This document shows positions 15,531 through 26,374 of a stretch of 64,000 nt of DNA, one piece after another. Origin of the DNA: a virus; the IMG/VR virus record IMGVR_UViG_3300032116_000064, positions 1 through 64,000 of that record; one strand, written 5' to 3'. How positions within the stretch are numbered: position 1 is the stretch's first letter; each line of letters begins with the position of its first letter. A model generated the notes under the pieces. It was not told the origin of the DNA and did no database searches. It saw only the letters and a list, made by a program, of their open reading frames with translations. The position numbers and the translations under genes were made by a program.

Positions 15531-18500
15531 ATGAGCAACTATACCATAGAAGTTACTGAAAATATTGTTAATCTTGATGTTCTTCAAGATCACGATGTCA
15601 TTATAGAGATAACATCTTCAGATAACTTTATTACATTTGATACGCCTAGTGGCTATCCCATATTAGCAACAAGCGGCATATTACCTGTAGATAGAGTGGC
15701 AAGTGGATATCCAATAAGTAATCTCTTGGATGGTAGCGCTATAGTTAGAACCAGTGGTAATCAAGATGTCAGTGGAATAAAAACTTTTTACGGCGATTCT
15801 ATTTTTGTTGGCAATGTAACATCGTCAGGATCTTATTCAATCAAATCTCAACCGGGAAGTACCTCTGCTACACAGTTTCCAGTATTTCTTTCTGACCCAT
15901 CTTCTTCATCAAAAGTTATTTATACTAGAACACCATCTCAAATTAGATCAGATTTAGGTATAAGTGATGTTCAAAACATTGCGTTATCTGGAATTACATT
16001 TACTGCTGGTAGCGGCTTAGTTGGTGGAGGAGCTTTATCTTCTAGTAGAAGTTTTGATATTGGCCAAGGGGACGGATTAACTGTTAGTGCTGATAGTATT
16101 TCTATAGATTCTACGGTTGTTCGATCTAGTAATGTAGATCAAGTTGTAAGCGGTATTAAGACATTTAGCGGAAGTGGACTAGTAATAACTTCTCCATCTG
16201 GAACTTACAAAAAAAATATTGCTTTAAGAGGTTCATCTGGACTTATTTCAAATAATGTCATTACTATCGCTCCCGTAAGTACTATCTATACAAATAGAAC
16301 ATACTATTTGCCAGAGGCTGGTGCTGATGCAGATTTTGTTATGACTGCTGGAGGGCAAGTTATAACTGGCCCCAAAACATTTACAAATACATTAGTATTT
16401 AACAGTGGATCGTTTCAATCATTAAAAGTAGGATCTACTGATGTTGCATTGAATGGTCATACTCACACATCGTCTAACATAACTGACTTTAATACTTCTG
16501 TTGATTCTAGAATAACTAATGCGAACCTACAACCAAGTGGTAATTATAGCGTTGTTGGCCATACCCACACATCAAGCAATATAACAGACTTCAATAGCAG
16601 TGTGAGCGGTCTACTTCCAGTTAAGAATATTGTTGGTACTAACTACGTAACTATTTCTTCAACAACTGGAAATTATACAATATCAGTAACTGGTCTTCAG
16701 CCATCCGGTAGTTATGCGTCTAGTTCACATACTCATACTAGTTCTGATATTACAAATTTTAATGCTAGTGTTAGTGGACTAGTAAGTGGTATATATGCTC
16801 CACTGTTTAGTCCATCATTTTCTGGAGTTCCACTAGTTCCTACAGCTAGTGCTGGAACAAATACTCAACAAATTGCTAACACATCATTCGTCAGAACTGA
16901 AATAAGTAATCTAGTTGCATCTGCCCCAAGTACATTAGATACTCTTAATGAATTAGCAACTGCTCTTGGTAACGACGCCAATTTTTCTACCACTGTAACT
17001 AACAATCTTGCTAGTAAAGCTAGTCTTAGTGGAGCAATTTTTACAGGTAGTATTAGCGGTCCCAGTGGAAACTTTACTTCGTTAAAAGTCAATGGTGTGG
17101 ATGTTAGTGCTAGTGGTCATACTCATACAGCATCAAACATAACGGATTTCAACAGTGCTGTAAGTGGTTTAATTCCTACTTTTAGTACAGAGTTAGACGT
17201 TTATGTTAAGAATACTACTGGTGGAAATCTATATAAAGGACAAGTTGTATATATAAATGGAGCGCAAGGCGATCATCCAACTATTACATTAGCTATGGCA
17301 TCTAGTGAGATGACATCTAGCAAGACTCTTGGATTATTGAAACAAGATCTTCTTGTTAATGAGTTTGGATATGTTGTTAGCGAAGGAGCGTTAGATGGAA
17401 TTGATACTAGTAGTGCCAATGCTGCTGGAGATACTATGTGGCTATCTCCCACAGTCTCTGGTGGAATTGTTTATGGTTTGAGCAACAAGCCATCTGCCCC
17501 TAATCATATGGTATTCCTTGGCTATGTTTTGCGAAAGCAACTCAATAACGGTAAGGTATACGTCAAAGTTCAGAACGGGTATGAGCTAGAAGAACTTCAT
17601 AATGTTGCTATTAGCGGTGTTACTAATGGTCAATTTTTACAATATAATAGTTCTAGTGGTCTTTGGATGCCATCTAGCAGTGGTAATTTCTCATCACTAA
17701 GCGTAAATAGTACCGGCGTTAGCGTCAACGGTCACACTCATACATCAAGTAACATTACGGATTTTAATAGTAGTGTTAGTGGGTTGCTAACACCTTATCA
17801 GCTAACTTTAACGAATCCCGTTACTGGTACTGGTACTACAAACTATCATACAAAATGGGTAAGTAGTAGTGGTATAGGAAATAGTTTAATTTTTGATAAT
17901 GGAACTAATGTTGGTATTGGAACTGTTACCCCTTCATCGCTCTTGCATATTGAGGGTTCGGTTAGATTCAAAGAAAATACTTATCATACTTTAGCAACAA
18001 AACCACTTTTTGGCGGTAATGGAAGTACACTTAATTATTTGTACTCAGCAAACACAGCTTTAATAATTAGGAATTCTTCAGATAGTACTGACTTAGTTAG
18101 AATAAATGACGATGGTAGAGTTGGCATAGGAATAAGTCCAACATCTCAACTTCATGTTATAGGTACTGGATTATTTACTAGTGGTATTATTGTAGGTAAT
18201 AATAGTAATAATAGCTACATTTATGGTGCTATAAATCCTATTACTAATAATATACGATTTAATAATGGTGGTGGAGACAGAATAGACTTTAATTCTTCTC
18301 AATTATTTTATGTTGGAACATCTTATTTTCAAGGTAATAATTATGTAACAAGAGTTGGAGAAACTACCTCCACAGCCACTCAAAAAGATTCTTATCAGTT
18401 AGTGTTTCAAAATGCTTTGTGGGACGGTGCTGCTAGTCAATATTCAGTTAGTACTATAACTTCTATTGCTTCCACAAGTCAAAATTTGATGTCACGATTA

Positions 18501-19766
18501 GCGTTTAGGACTCACAATAGTAGTAATAACACTCAAGTTGAGAGAATGTGCATCACTAGTAGTGGTGGATATGTCGGAATAGGAACCTCTTCACCTTCTT
18601 ACCAAATAGACGTTTCTGGATCTGGCAACTTTACCTTTGCTGGAAATTCTATAATTATTGATCCTTCTGGTAAAAGTATAAATTCATCTGCAACTGACAT
18701 ATTCATCAAAGCTAATAATAAAACAGTCTTTAGGGGATTAGATGCCGCAGCATGGACAGACAATGTAAATACAACTTACTTTCAAGTTGGAACATTTAAT
18801 GCTAATTGCGCTTTTGCTTCCCAAAGTGCTAATCCATTCACAAGATTAGGATTTTCTGCTGCTAATTTTCATTTTACTCCTAATTACATCAATACTGTAG
18901 CTGCTCCAACGGCTATGTTCCAAGTTGATGGAGCATCTACAATTGGAAATTTAGTTGTCACTTCTGCTGGTAGCGTTGGAGTTGGAACAACAAGTCCAAG
19001 TACTCAATTACATGTTGTTGGTACTGGAATATTTGATAACCTAGCTATAGGAACTACGGGAACATCTGTAGGAGCAACGTCCTATAAATTATTAGTAGAT
19101 GGAGATGTGAGTATTGGAAGTGGAAATGCTAATAGATCATTAACAATCTATGGAAATCATGTTTCCGCAAAACGAACAGTAATAAAAAATGTTAATGGTG
19201 ATTCATTTTTAAGTTTTGCTGTAGGCAGTCAAAATCTTAGCCTCGGAGAAACTGGAGGATTAAGATTCAATAACATTAATTATTATGCTGGATCATCGAC
19301 TGCTGGATTACATAGATTTTTTGTTTCTAATGATACCACTCCAGAAGTTGTTATTGGTAGTGGCTCATTAGGAATTGGAACCACCACTCCAAGTGGACAA
19401 TTACATGTTGTTGGAACTGGTTTATTTACTAATATTGACATCAACGGATCAGTACTTGCTGGGTCTGCATCATTAACAGTAAATGGTGGGATTTTGACTC
19501 AAGGAGCATTTGTACGAACATCTATATTTAGTCTTTATGGTGACAACAATACAAAAATATATAAGCCAGATGGTTCTACCTTGGGTTATAGTGTAAGTAG
19601 CTCTACCTATAAACACTCTTTTGGGTATGATCTTACTGGAAATCATAATTCATGGGCTACTATTAGCTCTAGCGGCTTGACTATTGGGAGTAGTACACTG
19701 TCAAGCTCCAATCTACCCAGTATAATAAATAACACAAATCTATATTTATGGTCAAATTTTAACTAA
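15531..19766 (+). CDS. long fibre protein
   Basis: Five HTHT(S/A)SxIT.FNxxV repeats, APSTLDTLNELATALGNDANF tail-fibre motif, repeated VGIGT..P...LHV modules. Confidence 0.8.
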   Translation: MSNYTIEVTENIVNLDVLQDHDVIIEITSSDNFITFDTPSGYPILATSGILPVDRVASGYPISNLLDGSAIVRTSGNQDVSGIKTFYGDSIFVGNVTSSGSYSIKSQPGSTSATQFPVFLSDPSSSSKVIYTRTPSQIRSDLGISDVQNIALSGITFTAGSGLVGGGALSSSRSFDIGQGDGLTVSADSISIDSTVVRSSNVDQVVSGIKTFSGSGLVITSPSGTYKKNIALRGSSGLISNNVITIAPVSTIYTNRTYYLPEAGADADFVMTAGGQVITGPKTFTNTLVFNSGSFQSLKVGSTDVALNGHTHTSSNITDFNTSVDSRITNANLQPSGNYSVVGHTHTSSNITDFNSSVSGLLPVKNIVGTNYVTISSTTGNYTISVTGLQPSGSYASSSHTHTSSDITNFNASVSGLVSGIYAPLFSPSFSGVPLVPTASAGTNTQQIANTSFVRTEISNLVASAPSTLDTLNELATALGNDANFSTTVTNNLASKASLSGAIFTGSISGPSGNFTSLKVNGVDVSASGHTHTASNITDFNSAVSGLIPTFSTELDVYVKNTTGGNLYKGQVVYINGAQGDHPTITLAMASSEMTSSKTLGLLKQDLLVNEFGYVVSEGALDGIDTSSANAAGDTMWLSPTVSGGIVYGLSNKPSAPNHMVFLGYVLRKQLNNGKVYVKVQNGYELEELHNVAISGVTNGQFLQYNSSSGLWMPSSSGNFSSLSVNSTGVSVNGHTHTSSNITDFNSSVSGLLTPYQLTLTNPVTGTGTTNYHTKWVSSSGIGNSLIFDNGTNVGIGTVTPSSLLHIEGSVRFKENTYHTLATKPLFGGNGSTLNYLYSANTALIIRNSSDSTDLVRINDDGRVGIGISPTSQLHVIGTGLFTSGIIVGNNSNNSYIYGAINPITNNIRFNNGGGDRIDFNSSQLFYVGTSYFQGNNYVTRVGETTSTATQKDSYQLVFQNALWDGAASQYSVSTITSIASTSQNLMSRLAFRTHNSSNNTQVERMCITSSGGYVGIGTSSPSYQIDVSGSGNFTFAGNSIIIDPSGKSINSSATDIFIKANNKTVFRGLDAAAWTDNVNTTYFQVGTFNANCAFASQSANPFTRLGFSAANFHFTPNYINTVAAPTAMFQVDGASTIGNLVVTSAGSVGVGTTSPSTQLHVVGTGIFDNLAIGTTGTSVGATSYKLLVDGDVSIGSGNANRSLTIYGNHVSAKRTVIKNVNGDSFLSFAVGSQNLSLGETGGLRFNNINYYAGSSTAGLHRFFVSNDTTPEVVIGSGSLGIGTTTPSGQLHVVGTGLFTNIDINGSVLAGSASLTVNGGILTQGAFVRTSIFSLYGDNNTKIYKPDGSTLGYSVSSSTYKHSFGYDLTGNHNSWATISSSGLTIGSSTLSSSNLPSIINNTNLYLWSNFN

Positions 19767-19776
19767 GAGGTGAAAT

Positions 19777-20157
19777 ATGGCAGTATCCCCACAATTTGCA
19801 GTTACTCCAAGATTATCTATCGTTCAAGCCTCTGGTGCTAATACCGCTACGGATGGTACAGGAACTTTAGCCACATTAATTACAGCTGGTTCTAGTGGAA
19901 CCAAAATATATGAAGTTGTAGTAGATGCGGTATCAACCACAACCGCCGGAATGGTAAGGCTATTTGTTAATGATGGTACTAATAATAGACTATTTGATGA
20001 GTTTAACGTTTCTGCAACAATAGCATCTTCAACAGTGCCAACATTCAGAACATCTAAGAGTTATTCTAACTTAGTACTACCAAGCGGATATGGATTAAGA
20101 GCATCAACACACAACGCTGAAACATTCAACGTATATGCATTTGGAGCAGACTTATGA
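19777..20157 (+). CDS. fibre-associated structural protein
   Basis: GAGGTG RBS; beta-rich; within fibre cluster. Confidence 0.6.
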   Translation: MAVSPQFAVTPRLSIVQASGANTATDGTGTLATLITAGSSGTKIYEVVVDAVSTTTAGMVRLFVNDGTNNRLFDEFNVSATIASSTVPTFRTSKSYSNLVLPSGYGLRASTHNAETFNVYAFGADL

Positions 20158-21395
20158 ATGATGGTATCCTAGGACAGAAGAAACAAAACCTCTTCAATTT
20201 TACTAGTTATCCGACTCTTACTAAAGATGAAAATAACTTTTCATTATCTAATGACGCTAATGTTATACGATTAAGTTCTGATGCTACAAGAAGCATAACG
20301 GGCTTTGTTGCATTACCTAATACTTCTATAACTATCTATAACGTTGGCTCTTATGATATTAGAATAGTGCATCAGTCTGCAAATAGTATTGCACCAAATA
20401 GAGTTATTAGTGCTACTAGCAATGATCTGGTTATCGGACCTAATGACAGTTTAACGTTAGTATATGATAACGTGTCGTTAAGATGGAGAAGCGGTGGTGC
20501 TGTAAAGGTAGACTCTATATCTGGTCAGGCTGGTGTTTATAGTTTTTACAGAAATTCTGGTCCTAGTGATGCTACTTTTGTTAGTGCCGGAAGCTGGACT
20601 TGGAATATTCCTTCTGGCGCAAAATTGATTACTATTGACGCTATTGGTGCTGGTCAAGGTGGAGGTAGTGGTAGAAGAGGTGCTGCTGGAACTGCTAGAG
20701 GTGGTGGCGGTGGTGGTGCTGGTGGTGGCCGAAGTATGTTTACTATTCCAGTTGTTGAACTTGGTGGAAATACTAATCTAACTATCGTAGTAGGTGCTGG
20801 TGGTGCTGGTGCTGCTGCCGTTACTGTTAATGATACTAATGGTAATACTCCTGCTGCTACTTTTGCTACTATTGTTAGAATCACAGCAACATCCAAAGCT
20901 TTAATTTATATCTGGAGAACTAACGGTGCTGGTGGTGGAACAACCACTGGTGGAGCGGCTGGCTATTCAGATTGGACTAATATGTGGGTCGGTAGTCAGG
21001 GCGGTGCTGGAAGTAATAGTTCTACTGCTGCTGGAGGTTCTTTTTCAATTGCTGCGGCGTGTGGTGGTGGTGGTGGTGGCGGTATTGGAGCAAATGATGT
21101 TGCTGGTGCTGGAGGCGGAACAGTAAGCGAAGAAATTGCTAGAGGAGCCGTATCTGTAGCTTTCGGAACTGCTGGCGGCGGTGCTGGTGTTTCTGCCCCA
21201 ACATATATTCCCGGCGGTGCTGGTGGTGGAGGTTCTGGCGGTGGTGGTAATGCTAGCGGTGCTGGTGGAAATGGTGGTAATGGGGCTTTTCCCGGTGGTG
21301 GTGGTGGCGGCGGCGGTGCTAGTTTAAATGGTTTTGCTAGCGGTGCTGGAGGCAACGGTGCTGACGGCTTTGTTAAAATTTATGTATGGTACTAA
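20154..21395 (+). CDS. glycine-rich fibre/tail protein
   Basis: GAGQGGGSG...GGGGGG...GGNGADGFVKI glycine-rich domain. Confidence 0.7.
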   Translation: MNDGILGQKKQNLFNFTSYPTLTKDENNFSLSNDANVIRLSSDATRSITGFVALPNTSITIYNVGSYDIRIVHQSANSIAPNRVISATSNDLVIGPNDSLTLVYDNVSLRWRSGGAVKVDSISGQAGVYSFYRNSGPSDATFVSAGSWTWNIPSGAKLITIDAIGAGQGGGSGRRGAAGTARGGGGGGAGGGRSMFTIPVVELGGNTNLTIVVGAGGAGAAAVTVNDTNGNTPAATFATIVRITATSKALIYIWRTNGAGGGTTTGGAAGYSDWTNMWVGSQGGAGSNSSTAAGGSFSIAAACGGGGGGGIGANDVAGAGGGTVSEEIARGAVSVAFGTAGGGAGVSAPTYIPGGAGGGGSGGGGNASGAGGNGGNGAFPGGGGGGGGASLNGFASGAGGNGADGFVKIYVWY

Positions 21396-21397
21396 TT

Positions 21398-21823
21398 ATG
21401 ATACAAATAACAAAAAATACAACATCGATTGCTATTGTTAGACAAGAAGACAATAAAGTATTAACCTTCATAAGAATGGATTATCCAGAAGGATGGGAAC
21501 CAGAAGAAGGTTATTATGCTATTGGAGATGATTTACTTCCAGAAGGTTGGGAGCGAATTCCTCCAGAACCAGAAAAAGTTCCAGATAGCGTGACCGCTAC
21601 ACAAATAAGATTATGGTTAGTAACTCATGGAATAAGTTTACAATCTATTGAATCAGCAATAGACAGTATAGAAGATCAACAAACTAAAGATATCGTTAGA
21701 GTTCAATGGGAATATGCTCCCTATGTTGAACGAAAGCATTTTATGATGGACACCCTTGGCATTGCTCTCGGTTTTTCAACAGAGCAGATAGATAATGCGT
21801 TCATAGAAGCTAGTAAATTATAG
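21398..21823 (+). CDS. fibre assembly/associated protein
   Basis: VPDSVTATQIRLWL...WEYA..VER.H...LG...QID..FI.A..L; follows Gly-rich fibre gene; track start 21386. Confidence 0.6.
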   Translation: MIQITKNTTSIAIVRQEDNKVLTFIRMDYPEGWEPEEGYYAIGDDLLPEGWERIPPEPEKVPDSVTATQIRLWLVTHGISLQSIESAIDSIEDQQTKDIVRVQWEYAPYVERKHFMMDTLGIALGFSTEQIDNAFIEASKL

Positions 21824-21830
21824 AGGACTT

Positions 21831-24800
21831 ATGGCCGGAATAATAACTTCATCGTCGGTTGGATTTAATCCTTTAACAGCTTTTACAACTAATTGCTCAT
21901 TTTGGTTAGACGCTGATGATCTAACCACAATGACGCTTAGTGGATCTAGTGTTACTGAATGGAGAGATAAAGCTAGAAATCTAAGCTTTACTATTGGAAC
22001 TGGATCTGTTGATGGCAATCGTTCTCCTCCAATTTTAAGTATTAGAAATGGAAGGGGTGCTGTTCAGTTTAATGGTACTAATACTATTTTACGAAATGCA
22101 ACCGGTGATCTTACTCCTTTGAACAGGACAATCTTTGTTGTTATTGAAAAGGGGAGCGGATCTGATACTAACGGAGAAGCGGCAGTTAGTTTCTGCCCAA
22201 AGGACAATACTGGATTTGGATATTTTACAACATTTGGTTTTGTTACTGGATATCCCTACAATAGCAAAAGAGTAGATTTGGCTGGTGCTACCGCTAGATG
22301 GTATGAATATACTTTTAATACTGGTGATTTAATTTTGATGAGAAGTCAAAATAAAGATGATACCTATTTAAATGGAACATTTACTGACTCTCAATTATAT
22401 GTTAATAAGACTATAGTCACCAGAACCACTAATATAATAGGTGGTTTTATGACATCATTTACTAAGGGTATAATTCTTGGTGGAACTGATGGTAGATCAG
22501 CAAGTGGATATTATGGAAATTATTTTTCTGGAAAAATTTGTGAAATAATCTGTTTTGATAATATTCTTTCATCACAAGAATCTGAGATTGTAGAAAATTA
22601 CTTGAGTAGAAAGTGGGGGTTGGGATTGTCTGGTAGCGATGATCCAGCACAAGATATAGCCTCTATTTCTATTCCACGATACTCTATTGATACTTATCCA
22701 GTAAATATTGATCAATTTATTCAAGATATAGCGTCACCGAATAATATTTCTGGTTGTCAACTATGGTTAGACGGAAGTGATCTCTCTAGCATTTCTTTAT
22801 CTGGTGTTTATGCAACTCAATGGAATGATAAGAGCGGATATAATAGACATATGGTTGAACAATCTACTAGTGCGCCCACATTGCAAGCTAGTGGCCTCAG
22901 TAATAAAAATGTTATTAATTTTTCTGCTACAGCTAAAATGTCTATTCCAAATAGTAGTGGATCATTTAACTTTCTACACAATACAACTGGTGGCACAATT
23001 ATATATGTGGTAAAGCCATTTGCTATTGATAACAATGCACAGTATGGCAGGTTTTTGCATAATGATGATAATGCAAGTAATAATATTGGTTTTAATATCT
23101 TTTTTGATGATAGACCGGCTACTTTAGGCACTAGCAATAGTTTAAGAGGCGGTATAACTAGAGGAGTTGGTGGTACTAGTACGGCAGATTATTTGGTAAA
23201 TAATGTAATACCAGAAATGAATAAATTTGTCTTACAGTCTGTCATGTTTAATAGCAATGAAGCAGTTGCTAGAAATCGAATAAAGACATTTACTAATAGC
23301 AAACAAAATGCTGGTTCAAATTCATCTACCAACGCTCCATCGTCTTCCCTAACCTCAACTATTAACCTTACTTTAGGATCGGCAAATTCTGATAGTTTTA
23401 CAGGACAACTTGCAGAGTTAATAATATATTCTGGTTCTTTATCTACTTATGACTTGTTAAGAGTAGAAAGATACTTAGCAAAAAAGTGGGCAACTCAAAC
23501 AAACTCTTCTTGTAAGTTGTGGGCTGATTGTAGTGATCTATCTACTTTAAAACAAAATAGTGATGGCACAGGAGCAGTAATATCATCTGGAGATCCGGTT
23601 GGTTATATTTTAGACAAGAGTGGTAATGGAAATCATCTTATTCAGCCAACAGCTTCCTCAAAACCATTTCTTGATACTACTACATTTAATGGCTTACCTT
23701 CTGCTAATTTTGAAGCCCCTCAATTTATGTATAGTGACTCACTGACTATTTTAAATGGCAGCGATAAGCCCGCTACTGTTATCATGGTTTGCAAGCCCAA
23801 ACGATTTGTTGTGAATGGGAGTATATTTGCTTTTACTAGATATGATAGTAATATTCCTTATCTTGCTCTTTGGGGGCAAGGTGGAGGTAGGGGAGAAACT
23901 GGATACGTGGACATAAGAACAAGAGCAGATGATTTAACTAATAAGTCAGCAGCTTCAGCTTATACTTCTCAGCTTACTACAGAGCCGGTTATCTTTACTA
24001 TAAAAACAGATGGTTTAAAAGTTCATGCCAGACAAAATGGTTTAATTGTTCTTAATAATTCTGACATAGATGTTACTAACAAAACTCAAAATAGATTTAG
24101 TATTAATGTTAATGCTAACTCTGCGATAGGTTTTCATCAAAATATTACTCTTGGAGAAGTATTAGTATTTGACAGCGCACTAACAGATACTCAAATTTCT
24201 TCGTTAGAAAAATATCTTAGTAAAAAATGGGGCATTGGAATAGAAAGACCAACATCAAGTCATAAAGAAGTAAAAGACTACATTAATAGAGTGTATGCTA
24301 ACGGCGGATTGATTAGTCAAGAAACTATAAATAAAGTTACTGATTTTTGTTACGATATAGATAATGCTGGACTGCGCAACAAAATGTGGAGAACAAACTT
24401 ATTTTGTGGAAACAATCTTAATGCCGCACTTGTTCCACTATACAGAGGTCCAACTCCCGTTGATCAATTCTATGGTAATCCCGTTGATGTTAATTCTGGA
24501 CCATTTACTGGACCAGACTATAACGAAAGGGGCCAGCAAGGCGGATTAAGAAGTGACAGACGAAGTAAATATTTAAATACCGGATTTAGATGTGATACTA
24601 TTCCATATACTGATACCCACTTGTCATTTCATGCTAGACCGCCAAATACCACAGCGATGATAGCTTCTCCAACTGGTATTACTGGATGCTCATTATGGTT
24701 AGATGCTAGTGACGCAACATCAGTTTTACTTAATGGTAGTGCAGTTTCTGGATGGAATGATAAAAGCGGTAACTCCAGACACTTCATTCAAAATTCTGGA

Positions 24801-26264
24801 GTTTGCCAACCCACTTATGTTACATCTAGTATTAACTCTAAAAATATAGTTAGGTTTGATGGCACTAATGATTTTATGATTGGTAGTTCTGGCTGTAATA
24901 GCTTGCTACAAAATTTAGGAAACTATACTATATTAACAGTATATAAACCAACTAATTTGACTAGTCAGAATCGCACAATAATAGCGGACACATATGGACT
25001 AGGCAGTGAACTATGGAGTGTTGTAACCCCCACTATACAAAACACAGCTGGATCTAATGGTGTCTGGAATAATAGCACTTTGACAATGAGTAATACTGCT
25101 ATTGGAACTAATGCTGGATATCCAAGATTCGACTTTGGCTTTCCAAGTATGGTTGCTGGAAGAATCTATACAGTGTCTGGCACATTAACTGGTGATATTA
25201 CTGGATTACAGGCCGGATCACCAATTAGATTATCAACAGCTGGGGCTAATAACTATATAACATATGAACCATCTACTGGAAAGTTTTTTGGCACAGTAGC
25301 AGCAGCAGCAACCGTTGGCATAGAAATTGTATTGGATGGTACAAAATTATCTAGTGTTAGTATATCTGGAGTTTCTATCAAAGAAACATCATTACGAAGT
25401 AGATTATATACCAATACTAGCAGTTCTTTTTCACAAGGAGTTAAGCGTACCACATCAGACACACTATCTGTTCTTTCTAGTAATAATACCATGAGTGCCG
25501 GTACTACTTACTTATTTAGTTCTTGGTTTTCTCCAAATAGCCAAAAATTATCTATTTATTTTGCTGGCGAGTTAGATAATATTGGTACAGGATATCAAGG
25601 TCTTGGAAATACTGATAATACAGCTTCTTATGAAGTTGTTATAGGATCTATAGGTTCACTATATAATAGCCCCGGTTGTGAAATGCTTCAAGGCGATCTT
25701 GCAGAATTAGTGATATATAATAAAAAACTTAGTGATGATGAAATGACTAGCCTTACCAAATATTTTGCTAATAAGTGGGGGCTTACTGGTATGGGAGTTA
25801 TGTGTGGACCAACTATGGGAAGTTTTATGGGTGGCACTCCAGACGCTTCAGTATGGTATACTAACCAATATAGACTTAGTTTAGATTATAATAGTGTAAC
25901 AACTAATACTTTAGTCGGGGGAATTTTAGCTGGTAATTCTCAAGCTTCTCAATCTTCACGATCAGTAGACAATGGTGGACACTTTGTTGTTAGTAGAAGT
26001 GGCACTTCAGATATTAGATCGTATGACGATGGTACTCAAATAGGATTTAGCTCCACCGTTCCAACTTCTGGATATTTTCAAACCAGCGTTCCCATTTTCG
26101 TATTTGCATTTTCTAATTTTTCATCAGTACTACAAGGTGGTTCACCAAACACATTCATTGGATATGGTGGAGGATATAGTATAGGAAATTATTTATCACC
26201 AACAGAAGTTAGTACATTTAGTAGAATTATGAATAAGTTTCAAAATGCTCTAGGAAGAATATAA
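21831..26264 (+). CDS. multi-LamG/concanavalin-A-like lectin virion protein
   Basis: Four W(L/A)D.SD...DKSG...E(L/I)(I/V).(Y/F)...L...YL..KW modules. Confidence 0.75.
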   Translation: MAGIITSSSVGFNPLTAFTTNCSFWLDADDLTTMTLSGSSVTEWRDKARNLSFTIGTGSVDGNRSPPILSIRNGRGAVQFNGTNTILRNATGDLTPLNRTIFVVIEKGSGSDTNGEAAVSFCPKDNTGFGYFTTFGFVTGYPYNSKRVDLAGATARWYEYTFNTGDLILMRSQNKDDTYLNGTFTDSQLYVNKTIVTRTTNIIGGFMTSFTKGIILGGTDGRSASGYYGNYFSGKICEIICFDNILSSQESEIVENYLSRKWGLGLSGSDDPAQDIASISIPRYSIDTYPVNIDQFIQDIASPNNISGCQLWLDGSDLSSISLSGVYATQWNDKSGYNRHMVEQSTSAPTLQASGLSNKNVINFSATAKMSIPNSSGSFNFLHNTTGGTIIYVVKPFAIDNNAQYGRFLHNDDNASNNIGFNIFFDDRPATLGTSNSLRGGITRGVGGTSTADYLVNNVIPEMNKFVLQSVMFNSNEAVARNRIKTFTNSKQNAGSNSSTNAPSSSLTSTINLTLGSANSDSFTGQLAELIIYSGSLSTYDLLRVERYLAKKWATQTNSSCKLWADCSDLSTLKQNSDGTGAVISSGDPVGYILDKSGNGNHLIQPTASSKPFLDTTTFNGLPSANFEAPQFMYSDSLTILNGSDKPATVIMVCKPKRFVVNGSIFAFTRYDSNIPYLALWGQGGGRGETGYVDIRTRADDLTNKSAASAYTSQLTTEPVIFTIKTDGLKVHARQNGLIVLNNSDIDVTNKTQNRFSINVNANSAIGFHQNITLGEVLVFDSALTDTQISSLEKYLSKKWGIGIERPTSSHKEVKDYINRVYANGGLISQETINKVTDFCYDIDNAGLRNKMWRTNLFCGNNLNAALVPLYRGPTPVDQFYGNPVDVNSGPFTGPDYNERGQQGGLRSDRRSKYLNTGFRCDTIPYTDTHLSFHARPPNTTAMIASPTGITGCSLWLDASDATSVLLNGSAVSGWNDKSGNSRHFIQNSGVCQPTYVTSSINSKNIVRFDGTNDFMIGSSGCNSLLQNLGNYTILTVYKPTNLTSQNRTIIADTYGLGSELWSVVTPTIQNTAGSNGVWNNSTLTMSNTAIGTNAGYPRFDFGFPSMVAGRIYTVSGTLTGDITGLQAGSPIRLSTAGANNYITYEPSTGKFFGTVAAAATVGIEIVLDGTKLSSVSISGVSIKETSLRSRLYTNTSSSFSQGVKRTTSDTLSVLSSNNTMSAGTTYLFSSWFSPNSQKLSIYFAGELDNIGTGYQGLGNTDNTASYEVVIGSIGSLYNSPGCEMLQGDLAELVIYNKKLSDDEMTSLTKYFANKWGLTGMGVMCGPTMGSFMGGTPDASVWYTNQYRLSLDYNSVTTNTLVGGILAGNSQASQSSRSVDNGGHFVVSRSGTSDIRSYDDGTQIGFSSTVPTSGYFQTSVPIFVFAFSNFSSVLQGGSPNTFIGYGGGYSIGNYLSPTEVSTFSRIMNKFQNALGRI

Positions 26265-26374
26265 CCTCCCGACCGCTACTAATATGCTTATATATTTAAT
26301 TACTAGAATGATCTCATTTAATACGTTTATGTCTTTTTTGTGTATATTATCTTGAGAGACACCAAGGAAAAAAT

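Noticed and set aside
20654-21355. Pro-rich minus-strand ORFs
   Set aside because: Reverse complement of the Gly-rich gene 20154-21395
15531-26264. Diversity-generating retroelement targeting fibre tips
   Set aside because: No reverse transcriptase and no TR/VR pair differing at adenines was seen in this window
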